From Deltaproteobacteria bacterium (GTDB lineage Bacteria; Desulfobacterota; Desulfobulbia; Desulfobulbales; JAJRZW01): a stretch of DNA of 64,000 nt. The DNA is taken from positions 6,899 through 70,898 of the forward strand of contig JAJRZW010000016.1 of the NCBI GenBank assembly GCA_024275015.1, given 5' to 3'. The notes under the pieces are model-generated. The model was given only the letters and a program-made list of their open reading frames with translations. It searched no databases and was not told the origin of the DNA. A program made the translations under genes and the position numbers. Positions 56,592 to 64,000 of this stretch are shown here, piece by piece. Each line of letters begins with the position of its first letter. The stretch's first letter is position 1.

Positions 56592-57032
56592 TTATTTGAA
56601 CAGGTAAGAGAAATCAGCAGGGCCGTCATCCTCGTCACTCCCGGGCGGCAATGCCGGCTGCCGGGAAAATTTTTTCGCGATCTCTTCCAGCCTTCGGGAC
56701 ACGAGCTTGACCGTAAAGGATGGATCGGCGAGATAATTAACGATATCCGTCCGCAGACCGTTGACAATGCCGTCACGAATCTCGTCGACATCTTTCCGGT
56801 CGATGAAATTTCGTTCCCGGGCCAATTCCATCAAAGGCCCATTACCCAGCTCCCGCCAGCAGGAGGAATCAGCCCAGGAGAATTGTTCCCGGTATAAATG
56901 AAGACCTCCGGGGACACAACTGATTACGACCGCAATTTTAACCAGCCAGCGATCAGCGGCAACCTTGCGGGAGCAATCATTTATTTTCAGATCAAGGCCA
57001 TTGTCAAAGGTCCTGGCAAATATCTCAGCCAC
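56592..57032 (-). CDS. Hypothetical protein (146 aa)
   Basis: This is an open frame in the same orientation as serA, with an acidic C-terminus. No family is recognised. Confidence 0.4.
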   Translation of the reverse strand: MAEIFARTFDNGLDLKINDCSRKVAADRWLVKIAVVISCVPGGLHLYREQFSWADSSCWRELGNGPLMELARERNFIDRKDVDEIRDGIVNGLRTDIVNYLADPSFTVKLVSRRLEEIAKKFSRQPALPPGSDEDDGPADFSYLFK

Positions 57033-57047
57033 GGTACTCTCCTCATT

Positions 57048-57205
57048 TTAACAGCCCGTTGAAAAACGGGCTGATTGCGACTGATGTCCGCGCCGCCGAT
57101 TTTACCGGGTTTAAAAACCCGGTAAAATCGAGAGGTTGGATGAAACTTGTTTTATCCAACCGGCGGTTGAAAAAGACAGGACGACTTTATTCAACACTCT
57201 GTTAA
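57048..57205 (+). repeat. Family A repeat, full length (best reference copy)
   Basis: The sequence is TTAACAGCCCGTTGAAAAACGGGCTGATTGCGACTGATGTCCGCGCCGCCGATTTTACCGGGTTTAAAAACCCGGTAAAATCGAGAGGTTGGATGAAACTTGTTTTATCCAACCGGCGGTTGAAAAAGACAGGACGACTTTATTCAACACTCTGTTAA. Confidence 0.88.
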
Positions 57206-57317
57206 CAGTCTGATAGACAGTCACAAAAGAAGCGGGTATATAAAAACACCCTTGGGTAAACTGTCAAGGATGAAAAAAACGTCGACTCAGCCTTAAACCT
57301 TAACATCCTGAAAAAAC

Positions 57318-58796
57318 ATGCAAACAACGCCTGAAACAAGAGTTTACAACACCATAAACGGCAAAAAAGAAACGTTTTCCCCCCTTGAACCGGGCCGGAT
57401 CGGGATCTATGTCTGCGGCATTACCGCTTATGACTACTGCCACATCGGCCATGCCCGCTCGGCCCTGGTCTTTGACATGATCGTCAAATATCTACGCTAC
57501 CGGGGATTTCAGGTGAAATATGTCAGGAACTTCACCGACATCGACGACAAGATCATCAAACGGGCAAACGAACGCAACACCAGCTGCGAGGTGCTCTCGG
57601 ACGAGTTTATCCGAGCCTTTCACGAAGACATGGCCGCACTCGGAGTCGCCCCGGCCGACATCGAACCAAAGGCCACCGAACACGTTGACGATATCATCAG
57701 CATTATCAAAGACCTTATACAACGCGAACTTGCCTACCCGGCCGGCGGTGATGTCTATTTCAGAGTCACCCGGTTCAAGGAATACGGCACCCTTTCCGGT
57801 CGCGATCTTGACGAGATGCAGGCCGGGGCCCGGATCGAGGTCAACGAGAACAAAGAACACCCGATGGACTTTGCCCTGTGGAAGGCGAGCAAACCCGGGG
57901 AACCCACCTGGGAGAGCCCCTGGGGTCCGGGACGGCCGGGCTGGCATATTGAATGTTCGGCCATGAGCCGCAAGTATCTCGGCGACACCTTTGATTTCCA
58001 CGGCGGCGGCAAAGACCTGATCTTCCCGCACCACGAAAACGAGCTTGCCCAGAGTGTTGGCGCAAGCGGCAAGCCCTTTGCCCGTTACTGGCTGCACCAT
58101 GGATTTGTCACCATCAAGGACGAAAAGATGAGCAAATCCCTGGGCAATTTCCTCACCATCCGCGAGGTCCTTGAACGATTCCACCCCGAGGTCCTGAGGC
58201 TCCTGGTATTCTCGTCCCATTACCGCAGTCCCCTTGATTATTCCGAGGCGGCCCTGGACGATGCCGCTACCGGTCTCGACCGGCTCTACCAGTGCCTTGC
58301 CGCGATCAAAGGCATCCCGAAGACAAAGGCCACGGAAACGACAATAGCGCAGTCTGACCGCGAACGCCTGGAAGGACTTGAAGGCAGATTCAACGAGGCC
58401 ATGCGTGACGACTTCAACAGCGCCCGGGCCCTTGGGATTATATTTGAAGTGGTCAAGACCATTAACCGTATCGTCCAGGAGAATAAAGACGGCCTGCCCC
58501 CGCAGTACCTCGATCTCGTGAGCAGCACCGGGAAAAAGATCACCGAACTTGCGACGATAATGGGCCTTTTGACGCAGGAACCGGATGAATACCTGCGCCG
58601 CAAGCGCGAAGAAATGCTGACCGGCATTGACATAAGCGCTGAAAAAATCGAGAATCTGATCAGAGAGAGGACCGAGGCGCGGGCCCTGAAGGACTGGTCC
58701 CGCTCCGACGCCATCCGTGACCAGCTTCTTGAGCACGGGATAATCCTCAAGGACGGACCCGAAGGAACAAGCTGGTCAGTGAAGAAACAGACCTGA
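57318..58796 (+). CDS. cysS: Cysteine--tRNA ligase
   Basis: The sequence shows VCGITAYDYCHIGHAR (HIGH), Zn-binding Cys residues and KMSKSLGN (KMSKS). Confidence 0.97.
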   Translation: MQTTPETRVYNTINGKKETFSPLEPGRIGIYVCGITAYDYCHIGHARSALVFDMIVKYLRYRGFQVKYVRNFTDIDDKIIKRANERNTSCEVLSDEFIRAFHEDMAALGVAPADIEPKATEHVDDIISIIKDLIQRELAYPAGGDVYFRVTRFKEYGTLSGRDLDEMQAGARIEVNENKEHPMDFALWKASKPGEPTWESPWGPGRPGWHIECSAMSRKYLGDTFDFHGGGKDLIFPHHENELAQSVGASGKPFARYWLHHGFVTIKDEKMSKSLGNFLTIREVLERFHPEVLRLLVFSSHYRSPLDYSEAALDDAATGLDRLYQCLAAIKGIPKTKATETTIAQSDRERLEGLEGRFNEAMRDDFNSARALGIIFEVVKTINRIVQENKDGLPPQYLDLVSSTGKKITELATIMGLLTQEPDEYLRRKREEMLTGIDISAEKIENLIRERTEARALKDWSRSDAIRDQLLEHGIILKDGPEGTSWSVKKQT

Positions 58797-58808
58797 ACAG
58801 GAGCTGCA

Positions 58809-59615
58809 ATGAGGCGGCAACCGGCAGTAGCGCATCAGTTCTATCCCGGCGACCCCGACACCCTGGCCCGCACGGTCAGGGAGCTCATGCCGGAAGGCCA
58901 GGCCGTGGCTGAAAAGGCGAGGGCGGTGATTTCTCCCCATGCGGGCTACATTTATTCCGGTGGTGTTGCCGGCGCGACCATGGCGCAGGTCACGGTCCCT
59001 GACACGGTTATCATTATGGGCCCCAACCATCACGGCCTTGGGGCCCGGGTCGCGGTCATGACCAGCGGCACCTGGGTCATGCCCATGGGCGAGGTCGAGA
59101 TAGACTCCGGTCTCGCCATGCGCTTATGCCAGGGCAGCGATCTGGTCACCGACGACAACCTGGCCCACCGCCACGAGCACTCCCTTGAGGTTCAGGTTCC
59201 CTTTCTGCAGGCCAGAAACCCCGGACTCAGGATCGTTCCCCTTGTCCTCTCCCGCCTTTCGCTTAACGAATGCCTTGAACTCGGCATGATCCTAGCCCGG
59301 GCGATAAACGACAGCGGCAAAGAGGTGCTTATTGTCGCAAGCAGCGACATGACCCACTACGAACCCCGCGAGCAGGCCACAGCCAAAGACAAACTGGCCC
59401 TGGCCCGGGTCCTCGACCTTGACCCGCAAGGACTTTTCATCACTGTGGTCGAAAACCGGATCACCATGTGCGGGGTTATCCCGGTGACCGCCACCCTGGC
59501 CGCAGCCCGTGAACTCGGATGCACAAAGGCCCGCCTGATAGAATATTCCGACTCCGGCGAGACCAGCGGCGACACCGGAAGCGTGGTCGGCTACGCCGGG
59601 ATTATTGTTTCGTGA
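58809..59615 (+). CDS. AmmeMemoRadiSam system protein B (Memo-like dioxygenase fold)
   Basis: The sequence shows RQPAVAHQFYPGDPDTL, ISPHAGYIYSGGVAG, HEHSLEVQVPFLQ and SSDMTHYE. Confidence 0.8.
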   Translation: MRRQPAVAHQFYPGDPDTLARTVRELMPEGQAVAEKARAVISPHAGYIYSGGVAGATMAQVTVPDTVIIMGPNHHGLGARVAVMTSGTWVMPMGEVEIDSGLAMRLCQGSDLVTDDNLAHRHEHSLEVQVPFLQARNPGLRIVPLVLSRLSLNECLELGMILARAINDSGKEVLIVASSDMTHYEPREQATAKDKLALARVLDLDPQGLFITVVENRITMCGVIPVTATLAAARELGCTKARLIEYSDSGETSGDTGSVVGYAGIIVS

Positions 59616-59629
59616 AACCGAACAGAGCG

Positions 59630-59782
59630 TTAGCAGACTGTTGAAAAAGCCGTCCTGGCTTTTTCAACTCCCGGTTGACCAAAACAAGCTCCGGCCAACA
59701 TCTCGATTTCACTGGGTTTTTCAACCCGGTGAAATCGGCGGCGCGTCCGTGCGCCGCGACCAGCCCGTTTTTCAACGGGCTG
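59630..59782 (-). repeat. Family A repeat, full length (reverse orientation)
   Basis: It runs TTAGCAGACTGTTGAAAAAGCCGTCCTGGCTTTTTCAAC..GGTTGACCAAAACAAGCTCCGGCCAAC..GGCGGCGCGTCCGTGCGCCGCG..CAGCCCGTTTTTCAACGGGCTG. Confidence 0.85.
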
Positions 59783-59918
59783 GTCGCGACCGATCCCATG
59801 AAAATCCATGCGACAGGTTCCTGCTGAAACGACTTCAACCGCAAGGCCTGTATTACCCGGAGCCATCAATTTCCCTTGACAAACAAAGGGGTGTCATCTA
59901 TTTATCTCATAAAAAATG

Positions 59919-59992
59919 ATGGGGGATGGTCTAAGGGTAAGACAGCAGACTCTGACTCTGCCTATCGGGGTTCGAATCCCTGTCCCCCAGCC
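59919..59992 (+). tRNA. tRNA-Gln (anticodon CUG), CCA encoded
   Basis: The hand fold gives acceptor TGGGGGA/TCCCCCA, D arm GTCT-AAGGGTA-AGAC, anticodon arm GCAGA-CTCTGAC-TCTGC, T arm CGGGG-TTCGAAT-CCCTG, then G and CCA, followed by a T8 run. Confidence 0.88.
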
Positions 59993-60273
59993 ATTTTTTT
60001 TATTCTTCTGCCTTCTGCTCTCCGCCTGAAAAACAGTGACATGAATTGTCGACAACATCCATAAATGACACTTTTTGTCATAAAAGCCGGACTGCCAGAA
60101 AGAACCAAACCAGGGCGGCAGGCCGTGAAAAAACAGGGAAAACATATTTTTTACTTGAGTTTCACCTCTGGCACATTATATGAATATATAATAACAGACG
60201 TAGGCTACAAACCCGGAGACAACGGGAAAAGTCAAGCTGAATACTTCAACAACACCTTATGGAGGGAGAGAAC

Positions 60274-60726
60274 ATGCTCAAGATGCTCAGAAACACAAAC
60301 AAGGACAAGGGTTTCACCCTGATCGAGCTGATGATCGTTGTCGCGATCATCGGTATCCTCGCCGCGGTCGCCATCCCGGCGTACATGACCTATATTCAAA
60401 AATCCCGGGTCACCTCCCTGGTATTCCCAGGAATGCATTCTATAGAGACCAGCGTCGGCCTCATGTATGCAACCCAGAGCACCATGCCCCTTACCCAAGC
60501 CGACCTCAACCGGGTAATGTCTGATGCGGATACTACTTATTTTGCTGTTGACACCACAAACGTTGGTGGAGTAAGAGGCATAGAGTTTACCATCCTGAAA
60601 ACAGCCAGATTTAAAAATCTTGGGAGCAAGTCCATTATTGCAATACCTTCCTATGCTAACGGTAAAATCGCAAAATGGAACCTCAGCGGTTCCGTTGCCG
60701 AGTTGCTGGCTTTAGACAAGGAATAG
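60274..60726 (+). CDS. pilA: Type IV (major-type) pilin precursor
   Basis: [13 protein letters not shown]|[24 protein letters not shown] is a class III signal peptide with the G-1/F+1/E+5 prepilin peptidase site. GGAGGGAG lies 5-6 nt upstream of 60274; the track ATG at 60259 lies inside this SD. Confidence 0.88.
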   Translation: MLKMLRNTNKDKGFTLIELMIVVAIIGILAAVAIPAYMTYIQKSRVTSLVFPGMHSIETSVGLMYATQSTMPLTQADLNRVMSDADTTYFAVDTTNVGGVRGIEFTILKTARFKNLGSKSIIAIPSYANGKIAKWNLSGSVAELLALDKE

Positions 60727-60766
60727 AAGGCTTTTTACCTCAAAGCCCCAGCACATCTTACAAAAA

Positions 60767-60803
60767 CAGGGAGGAGGCGAAAGCCTCTTCCCTGTTGTTG
60801 TTC
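60767..60803 (+). terminator. Intrinsic terminator downstream of the pilin gene
   Basis: The hairpin is CAGGGAGGAGGC-GAAA-GCCTCTTCCCTG (12 bp, one G-U, GNRA loop), followed by TTGTTGTTCT. Confidence 0.75.
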
Positions 60804-60840
60804 TACCCAAGCACCCTAAACCACACGCAACGGAACAACC

Positions 60841-63201
60841 ATGCCGGGAAGACAAGGCCAAAATCCACACAAGATACTTACACCCAACCGCCTTTTAGTA
60901 ATCATATTTTTCCTCACTGCTCTTGCGTACAGTAACACATTGTTCTCCCCTCTTACCCTGGACGACAAGAGTTCGTTTGTCGACTCCAGTCGTATGTATG
61001 TATCAAAATTTTCATTCAATACCCTAAAGCAATTAAGTAATACCAGGTTCGGACTTTCACGTTTTATCCCCATTGCGACATTTGCGGCAAACAATTATTT
61101 CAGCCATGGACGCGCGGTCGACTACCACCTGACCAATATTGTGATACATCTCCTCACCATCTCCACCCTGTTCTTTTTCCTGAAAAACCTATTCAGAACC
61201 CCACAAGCAAAAGACAAAATAAAATTTCTTACCCCGGATACATTTGCCATTGCCATATGCGGCGTATGGGCCCTAAATCCAGTACAGACCAATGCTGTCA
61301 CTTATCTTGTCCAACGAATGACCTCCATCGCAACATTGTTCTATCTGGCGTCACTAGGATTTTATATCAAGGCACGCCTAAGCCACGATACAAAGGTCAA
61401 AATCATTGCCACAACAATGGCCTTCTTTTGTGCCGCGGCATCATTTTTATCAAAAGAAATAAGCGCGACCCTACCGCTGATTATCCTATTGATCGAATTC
61501 ATGTTCATAAGCCCAAATCGGATCTCAAAAACAACAAAGGACATACAGTCATGGCCATGGATTATCGCAGGACTCATAATTGCAGCAATATTAATCATTC
61601 CTATTCTCGAGGGTCCTTTTAAATCAATCGTCCTGAATCAATACAATATCCGAAGATTCACATTAGGAGAGAGGCTTTTAACAGAGGCACGAGTAGTAAT
61701 ATGGTATATAAGCTTACTTATTCTGCCTTTACCTGCACGAATGAACTTGGACCATGATGTCAATGTCTCTCTCGGACTATTTTCTCCACCATCCACCTTA
61801 ATATCAATTATCTCTATAGTAATATTAATAAGCACCGCATGGAAGCAACATAAGAAAAATCCATTATTAAGCTTAGGCATATACTGGTTTTTTATTAACT
61901 TATTGATAGAATCGACAGTAATCCCACTTGAGCTTATCTTTGAACACCGATTATATTTACCGTCTATTGGTATATTTATTGTATTAATGGTCATATTTGA
62001 CAAATCACTATATTTTACAAATACTAAAATTACCAACGATAAATTAAACGATTTAGCGATATTGTTCATTTTGATAGTATTCTCACTGTCATCTATTTTA
62101 ACCACGTTAAGAAATGACGACTGGCGCAATAAATTATCAATATACCGAGACTGCGCCTTAAAATCTCCAAACAAACCCAGAGCACTTGCAAACTATGGCA
62201 TGGCACTCGGGCAGTCAGGACAATACGACAAGGCCATAACCTTATTCGAGCGAGCCATAAAGGCAGGGCGAAAAAATTACGAGAACTATATTCCAGTTGC
62301 ATCGAATATAGTTCTGTCAACATACCTAAAAGGAGAAAAAATACAGGCCATAAAAAAAGCAAAACAGCTGTACAAAAACATGCCAGAAGGAACAGGAAAG
62401 TTAGGATTAAACCTTTTTCTGCTGAATCTCAGTGAAATGTATCTTGATACCGGCAACACTATTGCCGCTTACGAATTCTGGCGATCAGCCAGTAGGCTTT
62501 ACACCCCTGACACCAATTACAAAACCATACCATTGCTACTGAAAATAATCAAAAATGCAACCCAATCCCCTTCTGACGCGAAAGGAATTGGCCTTGACCT
62601 GACTGTTCCTGATGAAATAGCGGCACAAGAGAAATTGGCATCGTGCCTACTCGATATCAAAGACTACAATAAAGCTTCGCTATTTATAAACAATCTTGTC
62701 TCATCTTCCTATAACAATAGAACGACAAAACGCCTAAAAGAACGTCTTACAAAAGAACTAAGAAAAAACAATGCTGCCATCAGTGAAATGGATATAAAAC
62801 GATCAAAAAATTATACTAAGTCTTTAGGCTACAGGTGGGGAATGAGGACGGCAAATTTTATCATTAAGCATTACCAACCACTCAAAAAAATATGCAGCAT
62901 TATTCTTGATAAACTTGCACAAGACTTTAAAGATGACCCATTTGTCTTATGGTACAAATTACTGCTTCAAAAGATAACACCACCATACCAAATTGACCCG
63001 GAATTAATAAAAAAAGGTATATCCAGACACCCAAATTTCATACCATTCCTTCGTTTGCAACTCGCGTACGAATACTCAGCGGGAAAACGGGAAAAAGCAT
63101 TAGATACAATAAACAAAATCAACACAGTTTATCCCGGAAATAAAAACTGGCAGAATTACGAAAAATTAAAACGCGCAATAGCAGCAAAGGATCACATATA
63201 A
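60841..63201 (+). CDS. Polytopic membrane protein with C-terminal TPR repeats (TMTC-like GT-C glycosyltransferase architecture)
   Basis: The N-terminal ~420 aa have about 10 hydrophobic segments. The first loop carries LFSPLTLDDKSSF (the FxxDD-type acidic motif of PMT/TMTC-like GT-C enzymes). The C-terminal ~350 aa carry TPR-like repeats (ALANYGMALGQSGQYDKAITLFERAIK). Codon usage is AT-rich. Confidence 0.6.
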   Translation: MPGRQGQNPHKILTPNRLLVIIFFLTALAYSNTLFSPLTLDDKSSFVDSSRMYVSKFSFNTLKQLSNTRFGLSRFIPIATFAANNYFSHGRAVDYHLTNIVIHLLTISTLFFFLKNLFRTPQAKDKIKFLTPDTFAIAICGVWALNPVQTNAVTYLVQRMTSIATLFYLASLGFYIKARLSHDTKVKIIATTMAFFCAAASFLSKEISATLPLIILLIEFMFISPNRISKTTKDIQSWPWIIAGLIIAAILIIPILEGPFKSIVLNQYNIRRFTLGERLLTEARVVIWYISLLILPLPARMNLDHDVNVSLGLFSPPSTLISIISIVILISTAWKQHKKNPLLSLGIYWFFINLLIESTVIPLELIFEHRLYLPSIGIFIVLMVIFDKSLYFTNTKITNDKLNDLAILFILIVFSLSSILTTLRNDDWRNKLSIYRDCALKSPNKPRALANYGMALGQSGQYDKAITLFERAIKAGRKNYENYIPVASNIVLSTYLKGEKIQAIKKAKQLYKNMPEGTGKLGLNLFLLNLSEMYLDTGNTIAAYEFWRSASRLYTPDTNYKTIPLLLKIIKNATQSPSDAKGIGLDLTVPDEIAAQEKLASCLLDIKDYNKASLFINNLVSSSYNNRTTKRLKERLTKELRKNNAAISEMDIKRSKNYTKSLGYRWGMRTANFIIKHYQPLKKICSIILDKLAQDFKDDPFVLWYKLLLQKITPPYQIDPELIKKGISRHPNFIPFLRLQLAYEYSAGKREKALDTINKINTVYPGNKNWQNYEKLKRAIAAKDHI

Positions 63202-64000
63202 ATGCAGTTCAATATCCCAACGAGAGTCGAACTCGCCAACATCTCACCTCACCCCCCGAGCAAACTTCCCCTCACAGAGCATTTAACAGCGTTCTTCTTC
63301 CTGTCTTTACTTAACCCCGCTGTATATCACATCAACCACAGTATCTCATCAATGTTCCCTGACTCAATTGCCTACATAACGTTAGCAAAAAATATGCTTA
63401 ATAACGGGGCATTGGCCCTCAAAGGCTGGGGGCATGTCGACAATGGAGTAATATTGTCACCATTCTATCCTTTCCTGATCGGTATTGTACGATTATTCCG
63501 CGATGACGGCTTTCTTGCCGCCCAATACATCAGTAACATATCGATGATACTCGCCCCTTTCGCAATGTACACATGCCTCCGCTACCACACCGGACGCTTC
63601 ACAGCTTTTTTTACAGTTCTTCTCATACAACTAAATTTTTTCTACTTATATTATGCACTTTCCCCCTTGACAGAGGCAATATTTCTCCTGCTCATCGTTT
63701 GCGGTTTTCTCTTAGTGTACGCCATATCAAAAAAAGACAGCCCAAAGACCTCCTATTTTCTCCTCGGGGTCAACTCTTCCCTTATTGCATTGACAAGACA
63801 GATAGGTATAGTATTTTTTATATCTATATTGATATATCTTACCTATCAGTATAGAAACAAAATTTCAAAGCACAATTTATTTAAATTACTATATCTGGTT
63901 CTTGGCTTTATTTTTTTGTTTCTGCCGTACAACCTGATAATTTACAATTATACCAATCATTCATTCCTTACCCAAATATACAGAATGAATAAATATACGG
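63202..64000 (+). CDS. Polytopic membrane protein, ArnT/PMT_2-like GT-C glycosyltransferase candidate (partial; continues past the right edge)
   Basis: Manual translation from the ATG at 63202 (1 nt after the previous stop) gives MQFNIPTRVELANISPHPPSKLPLTEHLTAFFFLSLLNPAVY...FPDSIAYITLAKNML.... The frame is open for 266 codons to the window end, with several TM segments. It is not in the track because no stop lies in the window. Confidence 0.5.
   Translation, partial: MQFNIPTRVELANISPHPPSKLPLTEHLTAFFFLSLLNPAVYHINHSISSMFPDSIAYITLAKNMLNNGALALKGWGHVDNGVILSPFYPFLIGIVRLFRDDGFLAAQYISNISMILAPFAMYTCLRYHTGRFTAFFTVLLIQLNFFYLYYALSPLTEAIFLLLIVCGFLLVYAISKKDSPKTSYFLLGVNSSLIALTRQIGIVFFISILIYLTYQYRNKISKHNLFKLLYLVLGFIFLFLPYNLIIYNYTNHSFLTQIYRMNKYT

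Noticed and set aside
60165-60185. Sigma-54 promoter upstream of the pilin gene.
   Set aside because: Only the -24 element (TGGCAC) matches. The -12 position has ATGAA instead of TTGC(A/T), i.e. GG-N10-GA rather than GG-N10-GC. It is kept as a remark in a finding, not as a feature.

Overview
This is a 64-kb chromosomal window. It looks GC-rich (roughly 55-60% by eye), except for an AT-rich tail at about 60.8-64.0 kb. The gene content suggests an anaerobic Desulfobacterota (deltaproteobacterial, Desulfobulbales-like) genome. That is an inference from the futalosine genes mqnB/mqnD, a COG1900/DUF39 homocysteine gene, a two-gene Rieske/cytochrome b module, a sigma-54 regulator and the gene order; I could not run a search to confirm it.

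I call about 56 protein genes, most of them core functions: ugd, manC, coaD/E, rsmA/D, asd, leuA/B, pssA/psd, ilvB/N, mqnB/D, panC/D, xseA, hup, pheA, tsaD, murA, prmC, prfA, rpmE, rho, rluD, carD, pth, rplY, prs, ispE, serA and cysS. I also call 3 tRNAs (Pro-CGG, Gln-UUG, Gln-CUG), 2 probable pseudogenes, 4 intrinsic terminators and 2 candidate promoters. Many ORF-track starts are too far upstream, because the track uses the first ATG/GTG/TTG and runs into repeats; I corrected these where an N-terminal family signature allowed.

The most unusual property is that almost every intergenic gap is filled with short structured repeats from at least five families.
- Family A is a ~155-bp five-hairpin element with 16 copies. 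It has terminal inverted repeats and YTAR flanks, and it supplies the stop codon of five genes.
- Family C is a ~220-bp element with 13-bp terminal inverted repeats; one copy has a clean 6-bp target-site duplication.

Other points worth a second look:
- a C12 homopolymer at the response-regulator/histidine-kinase junction
- a perfect 103-bp tandem repeat fused to the 3' end of tRNA-Gln
- a minimal Rieske/cytochrome b6-type module
- an AT-rich block next to tRNA-Gln(CUG) holding a cysteine-free type IV pilin and two GT-C-type membrane glycosyltransferases

I saw no CRISPR array, rRNA, integrase or transposase gene. All protein family calls rest on motif recognition by eye, not on database searches.
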